Source: an uncultured Chloroflexia bacterium (GTDB lineage Bacteria; Chloroflexota; Limnocylindria; Limnocylindrales; CSP1-4). Taken from it: a stretch of DNA of 64,000 nucleotides. The translations under genes were made by a program, and so were the position numbers. The notes under the pieces are model-generated. The model did not search any database. It saw nothing but the letters and a program-made list of their open reading frames with translations, and had not been told where the DNA came from. Within the stretch, counting starts at the first letter, position 1. Every line of letters begins with the position of its first letter. The DNA is taken from the NCBI GenBank assembly GCA_963849495.1, contig CAWKHN010000022.1, positions 37,576 through 101,575 on the forward strand. The letters are read 5' to 3'. This document shows, in pieces, positions 11,238 through 21,046 of this stretch.

Positions 11238-11864
11238 ATGGCCCGATACATCGATCCTGTCTGCCGGCTCTGCCGTCGCGAAGGGCTGAAGCTCTTCCTG
11301 AAGGGCACGCGCTGCTATACCAAGAAGTGCTCGTTCGAGCGCCGGCCCTCGCCGCCGGGCCAGCACGGCGTTCGCCGTCGCAAGGTCGGCGACTACGGCC
11401 TGCAGCTGCGCGAGAAGCAGAAGGTACGCCGGGTCTACGGCGTCCTGGAGAAGCAGTTCCGCAACTACTTCGTCGAGGCCTCGCGCCATTCCGGCGTGAC
11501 CGGCGAGTACCTCCTCCAGTCGCTCGAGCTGCGCTTCGACAACGTCGCGTATCGTCTCGGCTTCGCGCCCTCCCGCGCGGCCGCCCGCCAGATGGTGACC
11601 CACGGTCACTTCGCGGTGAACGGCGTGCCGACCAACATCCCCTCGTACCGTCTCAAGATCGGCGACCGGGTCGAGGTGCGTGAGTCGCACCGGGAGCGGG
11701 AGCTGTTCAAGGTGGTCAAGGAGAGCCTCGGGTCGCATCAGCCGCCCGACTGGCTCAGCCTCGACGCGGCGAACCTCGCCGGATCCGTCCTCGCCCTCCC
11801 GCGCCGCGACCAGATGCCGCTCGACTTCAACGAGCAGCTCGTGGTCGAGTACTACTCGAGGTAA
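11238..11864 (+). CDS. rpsD: 30S ribosomal protein S4
   Basis: 208 aa with [26 protein letters not shown]. Confidence 0.95.
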   Translation: MARYIDPVCRLCRREGLKLFLKGTRCYTKKCSFERRPSPPGQHGVRRRKVGDYGLQLREKQKVRRVYGVLEKQFRNYFVEASRHSGVTGEYLLQSLELRFDNVAYRLGFAPSRAAARQMVTHGHFAVNGVPTNIPSYRLKIGDRVEVRESHRERELFKVVKESLGSHQPPDWLSLDAANLAGSVLALPRRDQMPLDFNEQLVVEYYSR

Positions 11865-11873
11865 TCGCCCTTC

Positions 11874-12899
11874 ATGATCGAACTCGAGACCCCGCAGATC
11901 GAGCCCGTCGCCGAGGCCGGCACGTACGCCAAGTACGAGGCCGGACCGTTGCAGGCGGGGTATGGCGTCACCCTTGGCAACGCGCTGCGCCGCGTGCTGC
12001 TCTCCTCCCTCGAGGGGGCAGCCGTCACGTCGATCCAGATCCGTGACGTGTACCAGGAGTTCTCGACGATCCCGGGCGTGAAGGAAGACGTCACGCAGAT
12101 CGTCCTCAACGTCAAGAAGCTGCGCCTCAAGAGCTACGCGACCCACCCGGTCCAGCTGCGCCTCATCAAGAGCGGCGCCGGCCCGGTCATCGCCGCGGAC
12201 ATCACCGAGTCGGCCGATATCGAGATCGTGAACTCCGACCTCGTCCTGATGACGATCGACTCGGACGACGTCACGATCGAGATGGACCTGACCGTCGAGC
12301 GCGGCGTCGGGTATCTCGCGGCCGAGCGCTCCGAGGCCCTTCCCATCGGCGTGATCGCCGTCGACGCGATCTTCACGCCCGTGCTCAAGGTCAACTACTG
12401 GGTCGAGAGCACCCGGGTCGGTCAGATGACCAACTTCGACAAGCTCACGATCGAGATCGAGACCGACGGCACGATCACCCCGGAAGAGGCGCTGTCGCGC
12501 TCCGCGGACATCCTGGTCCACCAGTTCCAGCCGTTCGTCACCGTCGGGGTCCAGGCCGTCGCGCCGGACAACGCCGCGCCGGGCGTGCCGCAGCTGCCGC
12601 CGAACATGCTCGACATGCCGATCGAGGAGCTGGACCTGCCGATGCGGGCCTACAACTCGCTCAAGCGCAACAACATCGTCAAGGTCGGGCAGCTGCTCCA
12701 GCTCAAGGACGACGACCTGCTCCGCATGCGCAACTTCGGCAAGAAGTCGCTGGACGAGATGAAGGAGCGCCTGCGGATGCGGGGCTTCATCCTCCCGGAG
12801 ACGGAGTCGGACGGCGCCGTCGACGGTGACGACGAGGACGCATCGCTCGACGACGCGTCGCTCGACGACGCGTCGCTGGGCGACGAGGAGGCAGGCTGA
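11874..12899 (+). CDS. rpoA: DNA-directed RNA polymerase subunit alpha
   Basis: 341 aa with an N-terminal domain (GYGVTLGNALRRVLLSS) and a C-terminal domain (ELDLPMRAYNSLKRNNIVKVGQL). Confidence 0.95.
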   Translation: MIELETPQIEPVAEAGTYAKYEAGPLQAGYGVTLGNALRRVLLSSLEGAAVTSIQIRDVYQEFSTIPGVKEDVTQIVLNVKKLRLKSYATHPVQLRLIKSGAGPVIAADITESADIEIVNSDLVLMTIDSDDVTIEMDLTVERGVGYLAAERSEALPIGVIAVDAIFTPVLKVNYWVESTRVGQMTNFDKLTIEIETDGTITPEEALSRSADILVHQFQPFVTVGVQAVAPDNAAPGVPQLPPNMLDMPIEELDLPMRAYNSLKRNNIVKVGQLLQLKDDDLLRMRNFGKKSLDEMKERLRMRGFILPETESDGAVDGDDEDASLDDASLDDASLGDEEAG

Positions 12900-12902
12900 G
12901 CG

Positions 12903-13256
12903 ATGGCCCATCGAATTGACGGGCGCAAGCTCTCCCGCAAGCGGGGGCCCCGTCTCGCCCTGTACAAGAACCTGATGGTCTCCGTGCTCCGCTACGAGCG
13001 GGTGCAGACCACCGAGGCCAAGGCCAAGGAGATCCGCGGTCAGGTCGAGCGCATGATCACCATCGCCAAGCGTGGCGACCTCGCGGCACGCCGGACGGTC
13101 GTCTCGCAGCTGCCGAATGAGCCGCTCGTGGTGAGCAAGCTGTTCGACGTGATCGCCCCCAAGTACGCCGACCGCCAGTCGGGGTTCACCCGCATCGTCC
13201 ATATCGGCCAGCGCAAGGGCGACGCCGCCGAGATCTTCCAGATCGAGCTGGTCTGA
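12903..13256 (+). CDS. rplQ: 50S ribosomal protein L17
   Basis: 117 aa with MAHRIDGRKLSRKRGPRLAL...TTEAKAKEIR. Confidence 0.93.
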   Translation: MAHRIDGRKLSRKRGPRLALYKNLMVSVLRYERVQTTEAKAKEIRGQVERMITIAKRGDLAARRTVVSQLPNEPLVVSKLFDVIAPKYADRQSGFTRIVHIGQRKGDAAEIFQIELV

Positions 13257-13284
13257 CACTGTCTGCTGGTCGCAGAGGCGACCG

Positions 13285-14091
13285 ATGAAGGCCCCGGAGG
13301 GCCAGGGCGCCCGAGAGGGCGCGCCGGTGCGCTACCGCGCAACGGTCGAATATGACGGCACGGACTACCTGGGCTTTCAGTTTCAGCCGAATGCCCGGAC
13401 GGTCCAGGGGGAGCTCGAGACGGCCCTCGCCGGCCTCGCCGGAGGTCAGCGAGTGGTGGTCGACGGGGCAGGACGCACCGATGCCGGGGTCCACGCCACG
13501 GGCCAGGTGATTGCCTTCACCTACCGCGGCAGGCTCTCGGAGCGGGAGCTCCAGCGGGCGGTCAACGCCCAGCTGCCGCCGGACGTCGCGATCCGCGACG
13601 TGCGACGGGTCCCCGACGGGTTCCATCCACGTTATGCGGCGCGGTACCGGGAATACCGCTACACCGTCTGGAACGGGCCGCGCAGCCCGCTCCGAGAGCG
13701 AACAGCCCTCGGGATGCGGACCCCGCTCAACGTCGCCGCGATGGCGAGCGCCGGGCTGGTCCTCGAGGGCCGGCACGACTTCTCGGCCTTCGCCGGCGGC
13801 ACGGACCGGTCCCCGGTCCGGACCGTTCACGCGGTCCGGGTCCGGAAGGCAGGACGCCAGGTGACGATCGACGTCACGGCGAACGCCTTCCTCCGGGGCC
13901 AGGTGAGACGAATGGTCGCCGGCCTCCTGGAGGTCGGCCTGGGCAAGATGGATGAGGAAGGCCTGCGGGCGGCACTGGCCGCACGCGAGCCGGCCCTCAA
14001 TGGGGCAGCAGCCCCGGCGAAGGGCCTGTGCCTCCGGCGCGTCGTCCTCGGACGGCGACGACCGACCGACGACGAGGAAGACGAGGAATGA
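13285..14091 (+). CDS. truA: tRNA pseudouridine(38-40) synthase
   Basis: 268 aa with the catalytic-Asp context RTDAGVHATGQV. Canonical position after rplQ. Confidence 0.88.
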   Translation: MKAPEGQGAREGAPVRYRATVEYDGTDYLGFQFQPNARTVQGELETALAGLAGGQRVVVDGAGRTDAGVHATGQVIAFTYRGRLSERELQRAVNAQLPPDVAIRDVRRVPDGFHPRYAARYREYRYTVWNGPRSPLRERTALGMRTPLNVAAMASAGLVLEGRHDFSAFAGGTDRSPVRTVHAVRVRKAGRQVTIDVTANAFLRGQVRRMVAGLLEVGLGKMDEEGLRAALAAREPALNGAAAPAKGLCLRRVVLGRRRPTDDEEDEE

Positions 14092-14519
14092 GCGCGAAGA
14101 CCTACACGCCTCGGGAGAGCGAGATCGAGCGACGCTGGTACGTCGTCGACGCGACGGACGAGACGCTCGGCCGCCTTGCGACGCGGATCGCGCGCGTTCT
14201 CGAAGGCAAGAACAAGCCCATCTATGCCGCCCACATGGACACCGGTGACCACGTCATCGTGCTCAACGCGGCGCGCATCACCGTGACTCGCGACAAGCTC
14301 GAGTCGAAGATCTACGCCCGCCACAGCGGGTATCCGAAGGGCTTCAAGGAGGAGACGCTGGGTCACCTTCTCGCCCGCCGGCCGGAGGAGGTCATCCGCC
14401 GCGCCGTCAAGGGGATGCTCCCGCACAACCGGCTGGGAACCCAGATGCTCCGGAAGATGAAGGTCTACGCGGGAAACGAACACCCGCACCAGGCCCAGAA
14501 GCCCGAGCCGCTCGCTTGA
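14088..14519 (+). CDS. rplM: 50S ribosomal protein L13
   Basis: An internal ATG (residue 21 of track ORF 14028..) gives [39 protein letters not shown] overlap with the truA stop. Confidence 0.92.
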   Translation: MSAKTYTPRESEIERRWYVVDATDETLGRLATRIARVLEGKNKPIYAAHMDTGDHVIVLNAARITVTRDKLESKIYARHSGYPKGFKEETLGHLLARRPEEVIRRAVKGMLPHNRLGTQMLRKMKVYAGNEHPHQAQKPEPLA

Positions 14520-14532
14520 TCGAGGAGGCCTG

Positions 14533-14931
14533 ATGTCGACGCCCGCGTTCTACTGGGGCACCGGCCGCCGCAAGACGGCGGTGGCCCGCGTCCGCCTCCT
14601 TCCCGGGGAGGGCCAGATGGTCGTGAACGGCCGCACTCCCGAGGAGCACTTCGGGGGCGTGTTCGCCGAATCCGAGCTGTTCCTGCCGTTCCGGGTCACC
14701 GGGACCGAGGGGCGCTTCAACGCCCTGATCAAGGTCGAAGGTGGCGGCGTCACCGGTCAGGCAGGCGCGATCCGGCACGGCATCGCGCGCGCCCTTCTCC
14801 AGTCCGATCCCGAGACGTACCGGCTGCCGCTGCGCCAGGCCGGGCTGCTGACCCGCGACCCTCGGATGAAGGAGCGCAAGAAGTACGGTCTGAAGCGAGC
14901 CCGCAAGGCCCCCCAGTACACCAAGCGGTAG
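14533..14931 (+). CDS. rpsI: 30S ribosomal protein S9
   Basis: 132 aa with C-terminal [17 protein letters not shown]. Confidence 0.95.
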   Translation: MSTPAFYWGTGRRKTAVARVRLLPGEGQMVVNGRTPEEHFGGVFAESELFLPFRVTGTEGRFNALIKVEGGGVTGQAGAIRHGIARALLQSDPETYRLPLRQAGLLTRDPRMKERKKYGLKRARKAPQYTKR

Positions 14932-15081
14932 ACGACGCCGGCTTGACGGCCGATGCGTGCGTTGGCCGCTCCACTCGCTCGCTCGCTCACGCACCTTCAG
15001 GTGCGCTCGCTCTCGTGCTCGCAGCCGCCTTCGCCTGGGCCGCCATCCGGCGGCCTGGGGCGGGTCCGGTAGGCTTGTCCC

Positions 15082-16023
15082 ATGAGCACCTCCTCGCTTC
15101 AGGGTCGGGACCTGATCTCGGCTGCGGACCTGTCCGCGGACGAGATCCGGCTCCTGTTCGCGCGCGCGGCCGAGCTGAAGTCCGAGTACCGGGCCGAGCG
15201 CCGGCACGCGACCCTGCCTCTTCTCGGCCGGACCCTGGCCATGCTGTTCCAGCGGCCGAGCCTGCGGACGCGGGTGACGTTCGAGGCCGGTATGACGCAG
15301 CTGGGCGGGCACGCGATCTACCTCACCGAGGGGGTCGTGCTCGGCGGGCGCGAGACCGTGAGCGATGTCGCCCGCAACCTGGACCGCTTCGTCGACGGGA
15401 TCATGGCGCGAACCGGGCCGCACGAGGTCGTGGTCGAGCTCGCGGCGCAGGCGTCGATCCCGGTCATCAACGGCCTCACGATCCGCGAGCATCCCTGCCA
15501 GTCGCTGGCGGACCTGTTCACGCTGTCCGAGCGCTTCGGCGAGCTGCGCGGTCTGCCGGTCGCGTTCATCGGCGACGGGAACAACGTGTACCACTCCCTC
15601 GCGCTGATGGGCGCCACGCTGGGTGTCGACATGCGTCTCGCCCACCCGCCCGGTTACGGGCCGAGCGAGCGCATCGTGGCCCTGGCGCGCGAGCTGGCCT
15701 CCGCGAGCGGCGGACGGCTCTCGTTCACCGGCGATGCACGCGAGGCGGTTGCCGGGGCGGCGGTCGTGTACACCGACGCATGGACGTCGATGGGCCAGGA
15801 GGCGGAGGCAGAGGAGCGCCGCGATGCATTCCTGCCGTTCCGGGTGGATGCGGACCTGCTCGCCGTCTCGCCCGACGCCGTCGTGATGCACTGCCTCCCC
15901 GCGCACCGGGGCGAGGAGATCACGTCCGACGTGATGGATGGTCCGAGGAGCATCATCTTCGAGCAGTCGGAGAACAGGCTCCACGCGCAGAAGGCGCTGC
16001 TGGTCGAGCTGCTGGCCGGCTGA
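15082..16023 (+). CDS. argF: ornithine carbamoyltransferase
   Basis: 313 aa. Carbamoyl-phosphate site SLRTR and the ornithine-site HCLP motif (HCLPAHRGEE) favour OTC over ATCase. Confidence 0.82.
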   Translation: MSTSSLQGRDLISAADLSADEIRLLFARAAELKSEYRAERRHATLPLLGRTLAMLFQRPSLRTRVTFEAGMTQLGGHAIYLTEGVVLGGRETVSDVARNLDRFVDGIMARTGPHEVVVELAAQASIPVINGLTIREHPCQSLADLFTLSERFGELRGLPVAFIGDGNNVYHSLALMGATLGVDMRLAHPPGYGPSERIVALARELASASGGRLSFTGDAREAVAGAAVVYTDAWTSMGQEAEAEERRDAFLPFRVDADLLAVSPDAVVMHCLPAHRGEEITSDVMDGPRSIIFEQSENRLHAQKALLVELLAG

Positions 16024-16053
16024 CCGGGAGCAAGGGGTGGAGGCGACACGGAG

Positions 16054-17307
16054 ATGAGCGGCGAAGCCCTCTACGAGCGGTACAAGGACGCGCTCAAGCG
16101 CGGCCACATCGCTGCGCTTCGAGGCAAGCTCGAGGACGCGCTCGTCGCCTATGCCGAGGCGGCCGGCATCGCCCCGGAGCGGGCGACGCCGCACACCAGC
16201 GCCGGAACGGTCCTCGTGCGCGCCGGACGCCCGGAGGATGCGCTCCGCCACTACTCCGTCGCGCTGCGGCTGGCGCCCAGGGACGAGGCGGCGCTGCTCG
16301 GTCGGGCCCAGGCGCTGGCCGCGCTCGAGCGGCCCGGCGAGGCGGCCGATGCGTACGATGCCGTTGCCGAGGCCCGGCTGGTCGCGGGCCGGCTCTCCGA
16401 TGCGGTGGACGCGGCGCGACGTGCGCTCGAGCTCGCGGAGGGTCGCGCCCGGCGCAGGATCCTGGCGCAGCTGATCGACCAGCTGCGGGCCTCCGAGCCC
16501 GACGAGCCGGGCCGCCGGGCGCTCGATCGGGCTCTGCAGGTCCTCGATGGCGTTGCCATGATCCACGCCGCCCGGTCCGGTCAGGCGGATGCGAGTGCGG
16601 ACGAGCAGCCCACGGCCGGCGAGGGCACGGTCGCCGGGTCGCTGGATTCCGAATCCGCGGCGGAAGCGCTGCCGGAGCCGCCGGAGGCTGCGGCGCCACC
16701 CGCTGTCCCGGTCATCCGCGCAGCGCTCGACCGGATCCCAGCCGAGGGCATGGACGCCGACGCGCTCCTGCGCACCGCCAACGAGGCGATCGATGCGGCG
16801 GACCCGCGGACGGCACTGGACCGGCTGCTCGACCTCGCTGCCGTGCATCGCCGCGGCGGCCACACCGATGCGGCCCTCGACGCGTGCTACTCGGCGCTGG
16901 CGCTGGTCCCGGACGACATGGATGTGCATCTCGCCCTCGTCGAGCTGTACGCGGACCGGGGCTGGGGCGCCCTGGCGGTGGAGAAGCTGGACCTCCTGGA
17001 GCGGATCGCGGAGCTGGATGCGGACGATGCGGCGGACCCGCGGACGGCACTGGACCGGCTGCTCGACCTCGCTGCCGTGCATCGCCGCGGCGGCCACACC
17101 GATGCGGCCCTCGACGCGTGCTACTCGGCGCTGGCGCTGGTCCCGGACGACATGGATGTGCACCTCGCCCTCGTCGAGCTGTACGCGGACCGGGGCTGGG
17201 GCGCCCTGGCGGTGGAGAAGCTGGACCTCCTGGAGCGGATCGCGGGACTGGATGCGGACGATGGGGCGCTGGCGCGGGTCTCGGCCGCTCGGACCGTCGC
17301 CGGCTGA
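16054..17307 (+). CDS. TPR-repeat protein with an internal 78-aa tandem duplication
   Basis: 417 aa, Ala/Leu-rich helical-repeat composition. Residues ADPRTALDRLL...EKLDLLERIAELDADDA occur twice in tandem. Confidence 0.55.
   Translation: MSGEALYERYKDALKRGHIAALRGKLEDALVAYAEAAGIAPERATPHTSAGTVLVRAGRPEDALRHYSVALRLAPRDEAALLGRAQALAALERPGEAADAYDAVAEARLVAGRLSDAVDAARRALELAEGRARRRILAQLIDQLRASEPDEPGRRALDRALQVLDGVAMIHAARSGQADASADEQPTAGEGTVAGSLDSESAAEALPEPPEAAAPPAVPVIRAALDRIPAEGMDADALLRTANEAIDAADPRTALDRLLDLAAVHRRGGHTDAALDACYSALALVPDDMDVHLALVELYADRGWGALAVEKLDLLERIAELDADDAADPRTALDRLLDLAAVHRRGGHTDAALDACYSALALVPDDMDVHLALVELYADRGWGALAVEKLDLLERIAGLDADDGALARVSAARTVAG
16792..17265 (+). repeat. Two tandem ~234-bp copies (~99% identical) inside the TPR gene
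   Basis: Copy 1 is about 16792-17025 and copy 2 about 17026-17259. Only 2-3 mismatches by eye (gtgcatctc vs gtgcacctc; gcggagctgg vs gcgggactgg). Confidence 0.8.
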
Positions 17308-17392
17308 TCAAGGCCCGCCGCGCCGGACGGATCCGCGGGCGCGGGCGCTCGCCGGCGGCTGCTGACCGGCCCCGGCCCGGTGCTACACTCGA

Positions 17393-18337
17393 TTGAAGAT
17401 GCCTCCGTTCGCCGAGTCGATCGCCCGTCAGATCACGCCGACGAGCCTCCTCGATATCGCGATCACCGCGCTGTTCATCTACGGGCTGTTCAGCATGATC
17501 CGGGGCACCCGGGCGGTCACGCTGGTCCTCGGGGTCACGATCCTGCTCGGCATGTACGAGCTGGCCCAGCTGCTCGACCTCCGCCTGTTCACCCAGCTCC
17601 TCCAGACCGGGGCCGTGGTCGGCCTGTTCGCCCTGGTCGTCGTGTTCCAGCCCGAGCTGCGCCGCGCGCTGGAGCGGATCGGCCGCGTGGGCACCTTCGG
17701 CTGGCTCCTGGCGCCGACGGCCCAGCGCGGGGTCGAGCACGTCGCCGCGGAGGTGGCCAAGGCGGCCGGAGCCCTCTCGCGCGACCGTCACGGTGCCCTG
17801 ATCGTCCTGGAGCGCGAAACCGGGCTCGAGGAGATCGCCGAGACCGGCGTGATGCTGCACTCCGAGCTGTCCGCCTCGCTGCTGGTCACGATCTTCTGGC
17901 CCAAGACGCCGCTGCATGACGGCGCCGTGATCATCCGGGGTGACGGCATCCTCGCCGCCGCGGCCCTGCTGCCGCTCACCGACATGAACCTGAGCCAGCG
18001 GTTCGGCACCCGGCATCGGGCCGCGCTGGGCATCACCGAAGACACGGATGCGATCGCGGTGGTGGTGTCCGAGGAGAGCGGCCAGATGAGCGTCGTGGAG
18101 CGCGCGCGGATCGTCCGTGTGCCCAGCGAGGGCCAGCTGGAGCGCGCACTGCACGGGTTGCTCGAGGCCCCGTCGGTCCAGGCAGGGTTCGGCCGGCGCC
18201 GGGCTGCGGTCCGAAGCGTGGGTGGTGGCCTGCGGCCACGGTTCACCCGCCGCGAGGCTGTCCGTCCGGACCGGGCCATCGCAGAGCCGGCCGGCGATGA
18301 CGACGATGGCATCGCGTCGGCGAGCACCCCGCAGTGA
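17393..18337 (+). CDS. cdaA: diadenylate cyclase CdaA (DisA_N/DAC domain)
   Basis: Three N-terminal TM helices followed by a DAC domain with the hallmark motifs HDGAVII (DGA) and GTRHRAA (RHR). Confidence 0.85.
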   Translation: MKMPPFAESIARQITPTSLLDIAITALFIYGLFSMIRGTRAVTLVLGVTILLGMYELAQLLDLRLFTQLLQTGAVVGLFALVVVFQPELRRALERIGRVGTFGWLLAPTAQRGVEHVAAEVAKAAGALSRDRHGALIVLERETGLEEIAETGVMLHSELSASLLVTIFWPKTPLHDGAVIIRGDGILAAAALLPLTDMNLSQRFGTRHRAALGITEDTDAIAVVVSEESGQMSVVERARIVRVPSEGQLERALHGLLEAPSVQAGFGRRRAAVRSVGGGLRPRFTRREAVRPDRAIAEPAGDDDDGIASASTPQ

Positions 18338-19620
18338 ACGTCCGCCGCTGGCTGCGACGTGTTGCCGCCCTCATCGTCCACAACTGGCCGCTCAAGCTGG
18401 CGGCCGTCGTGGTCGCGACGCTCCTGTACACAGGGCTCGTGGCCTCCCGCGACAGCAGCGTGTACCCGGGCCCGATCCAGGTGACCCCGATCCACCAGCC
18501 GGCCGGGACCAAGATCACGAGCGACATCCCGGACGTGGAATCGGTGCGCTACCTGGCGCCGACGGAGGACGGGCGGCTCACCGCCACCGACTTCCGGGCA
18601 ACCATCGACCTGACCGGCGTCAAGGCCGACGCGGTGCCGGTGAACATTCCCGTCAACATCCAGCCGATCGACCCTCGGGTGACGATCATCGAGGTGACCC
18701 CCCCGACCATCCAGGTGGTGCTGGACAAGGTCATCACCAAGATCGTCGACGTCGTCGTGGACCGGGGCACGCCGCCCGCCGGCATCGACGTCGGCGCCAC
18801 CGTCGTGAACCCGGCCCAGGTCACCATCCTGGGGCCGTCCGCGGCCGTCAACAAGGTCGTCGCGGTGCGCGTGAGCACCCCCATCGACTCCAGTGGGCTG
18901 GACATCGACCGCGAGATCCAGCCGATCCCGGTCGACGCCAACGGCGAGGCGGTCACCGGCGTCAACATCGAGCCCCGGACCGTGCGTGTCACGATCCCGG
19001 TCTACACCAACAGGCAGTCGCGATCACTGCCGGTCAACCCGATCATCACCGGGACCCCCGCGCCGGGGTTCCGGATCGCGGCGATCACGGTCTCGCCCCT
19101 CGCCGTGTCCGTCCAGGGCGACCAGAACCAGCTGGTGTCGCTGATCCAGGCCGACACCCAGCCGGTGGCCGTCTTCGGAGCCACCAGCGATGTCACGACG
19201 ACCGTGCCCCTTGCGTTGCCCAGTGGCGTGGTGCCCATCGGGACGGGGACCATCGACGTGACGGTCAAGATCGAGCCCGTGACGGCGACCCGGACCTATG
19301 CTGCCGGCGTGCGGCTCGACGGGTCACAGCCCGACCTGGACTACACGGTCTCACCCGACCGGGTGCTGCTCACGCTCTACGGCTCGGTGGCGGTGCTCGA
19401 CCGACTGGGATCCGCGCCGATCGTCGTGGGGCTCAACGTCTCGGCGCTCGGACCCGGCACGCACGACGTTCCGATCGTGCCCTCTCTGCCGTCGGGCATC
19501 ACCGTCGCGGCGATGTCGGTCCAGACGGTCACGGTGACGATCACCTCGCCGCTTGCGTCGCCGTCCCCGACAGCGTCCGGCCCCACCGGGTCGGCGAGTC
19601 CCTCCCCCGGCGCACCCTGA
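18334..19620 (+). CDS. cdaR: CdaA regulatory protein CdaR (YbbR-like repeats)
   Basis: 428 aa with an N-terminal TM segment. Repeated beta-rich YbbR-like units (VPVNIPVNI..., TVRVTIPVYT..., IDVTVKIEP...). Start overlaps the cdaA stop. Confidence 0.72.
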   Translation: MNVRRWLRRVAALIVHNWPLKLAAVVVATLLYTGLVASRDSSVYPGPIQVTPIHQPAGTKITSDIPDVESVRYLAPTEDGRLTATDFRATIDLTGVKADAVPVNIPVNIQPIDPRVTIIEVTPPTIQVVLDKVITKIVDVVVDRGTPPAGIDVGATVVNPAQVTILGPSAAVNKVVAVRVSTPIDSSGLDIDREIQPIPVDANGEAVTGVNIEPRTVRVTIPVYTNRQSRSLPVNPIITGTPAPGFRIAAITVSPLAVSVQGDQNQLVSLIQADTQPVAVFGATSDVTTTVPLALPSGVVPIGTGTIDVTVKIEPVTATRTYAAGVRLDGSQPDLDYTVSPDRVLLTLYGSVAVLDRLGSAPIVVGLNVSALGPGTHDVPIVPSLPSGITVAAMSVQTVTVTITSPLASPSPTASGPTGSASPSPGAP

Positions 19621-19663
19621 CACCCGGCATTCCCCACCACCCCTGGAAGTTGCGAGGAGCAGC

Positions 19664-20998
19664 ATGAGAAGCCTGTTCGGCACGGACGGCATCCGCGGCG
19701 CGGCCAACGTCGACCTGCGCCCGTCGCTGGCGTTCGCGCTCGGGCGGGCAACGGCCCACGAGGTGATCGGCGCCGGCGGCTCGCTCGTCGTGGGCCAGGA
19801 CACGCGCCGGTCGGGCGACATGTTCGTGGCCGCGATCACGGCGGGGGCGACGAGCATGGGCGTGGACGTTCACTCCGTGGGCGTGGTCCCGACGCCGGCC
19901 CTCGCGTTCCTCACCGCCGCCGGTGACTTCTCGGCGGGGATCATGGTCTCGGCGTCGCACAACCCGGCCGAGGACAACGGCCTCAAGGTGCTCGATCCAC
20001 GCGGCCTCAAGCTGGACGACGATGTCGAGGACGAGCTGGAGGCCGTCATCCTTCGCGCCGACGAGCTGCCGGGCGTCGCTCCGGCCGCGATCGGCCGCGC
20101 CGTGCCCGCGGGCGAGCTGGTGGGCCTGTACGCGGCCCACCGCGGTCGCCTGGCCTCGGCCGTCGATGCCGGTCGCCTGCACGTGGTCCTCGACACCGCG
20201 AACGGGGCGGCGCATCGCATCGGGCCCGACCTGCTGCGCGCGACGGGTGCCCGGATCACGGTCATCCATGACCATCCGGACGGCGACAACATCAACCTGG
20301 GCTGCGGCGCGACCGATCCCGCATCGCTGGCGGCGGCGGTCCGGGAGCACGGCGCGGACGTGGGGTTTGCGCTCGACGGTGACGCCGACCGCTGCGTGGC
20401 CGTGGATGCGCGCGGCGAGCTGGTCGATGGCGACCAGGTGCTGGGCATCCTTGCGCTGGAGCGGCTCACACGCGGCACGCTGGACCACGGCAGCCTGGTG
20501 GTGTCGGTGCTGTCCAACGGCGGCCTCCAGCACGCGGTCGAGGCTGCCGGCGGCCGGATCGTGCGGACGCCCGTCGGGGACAAGCACATCCTGGCGGCCA
20601 TGCTCGTCTCGGGCGCCGGCCTGGGCGGCGAGAAGAGCGGCCACGTGATCGTCCGCGAGCACGCCATGTCCGGCGATGGGATCGTCACCGCGATCGAGCT
20701 GCTGCGGGTCATGACGGAGGCCGGCGCAGACCTCCACGAGCTGGCCGCCGCGATCCAGCTGCTGCCCCAGCAGCAGCGGGCGATCCGCGTCCCGCACCGC
20801 GAGCAATGGGAGAACGACGACGTCCTGCGGCGGGCCATCTCGGACGCCGAGACGCGCCTCGCCCCGCACGGTCGGATCCTCGTCCGCCCGTCGGGCACGG
20901 AGCCGGTGCTGCGCGTGATGGTCGAAGGGGACGACGCCGCGGAGGTCGACCGGATCGCCGACGCGATCGCGGCACTCGCAGGGGAGCGACTACACTAG
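19664..20998 (+). CDS. glmM: phosphoglucosamine mutase
   Basis: Internal ATG gives MRSLFGTDGIRG. Active-site SASHNPAEDNG. Confidence 0.92.
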   Translation: MRSLFGTDGIRGAANVDLRPSLAFALGRATAHEVIGAGGSLVVGQDTRRSGDMFVAAITAGATSMGVDVHSVGVVPTPALAFLTAAGDFSAGIMVSASHNPAEDNGLKVLDPRGLKLDDDVEDELEAVILRADELPGVAPAAIGRAVPAGELVGLYAAHRGRLASAVDAGRLHVVLDTANGAAHRIGPDLLRATGARITVIHDHPDGDNINLGCGATDPASLAAAVREHGADVGFALDGDADRCVAVDARGELVDGDQVLGILALERLTRGTLDHGSLVVSVLSNGGLQHAVEAAGGRIVRTPVGDKHILAAMLVSGAGLGGEKSGHVIVREHAMSGDGIVTAIELLRVMTEAGADLHELAAAIQLLPQQQRAIRVPHREQWENDDVLRRAISDAETRLAPHGRILVRPSGTEPVLRVMVEGDDAAEVDRIADAIAALAGERLH

Positions 20999-21046
20999 GC
21001 CGTCCGCGGAGGGCTGCGGCGTTCCCAGGGGAGATCCACGAGCAGC

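Noticed and set aside
14932-15081. Possible terminator hairpin after rpsI
   Set aside because: Only a 6-bp imperfect stem (cgcacc/ggtgcg) could be found, which is not convincing.
14407-17396. Very long alternate-frame ORFs (14407..17163 minus, 918 aa; 14943..17396 plus, 817 aa) spanning argF and the TPR gene
   Set aside because: Their Arg/Ala/Gly/Pro-rich low-complexity translations are typical of off-frame reading of 70% GC DNA. They overlap well-supported conserved genes (argF, TPR) and contain the duplicated segment only as a frame artefact.
21000-21046. Possible glmS ribozyme/riboswitch upstream of glmS
   Set aside because: There are only ~48 bp between glmM and glmS, which is too short for the ~150-nt ribozyme. 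The genes appear co-transcribed.
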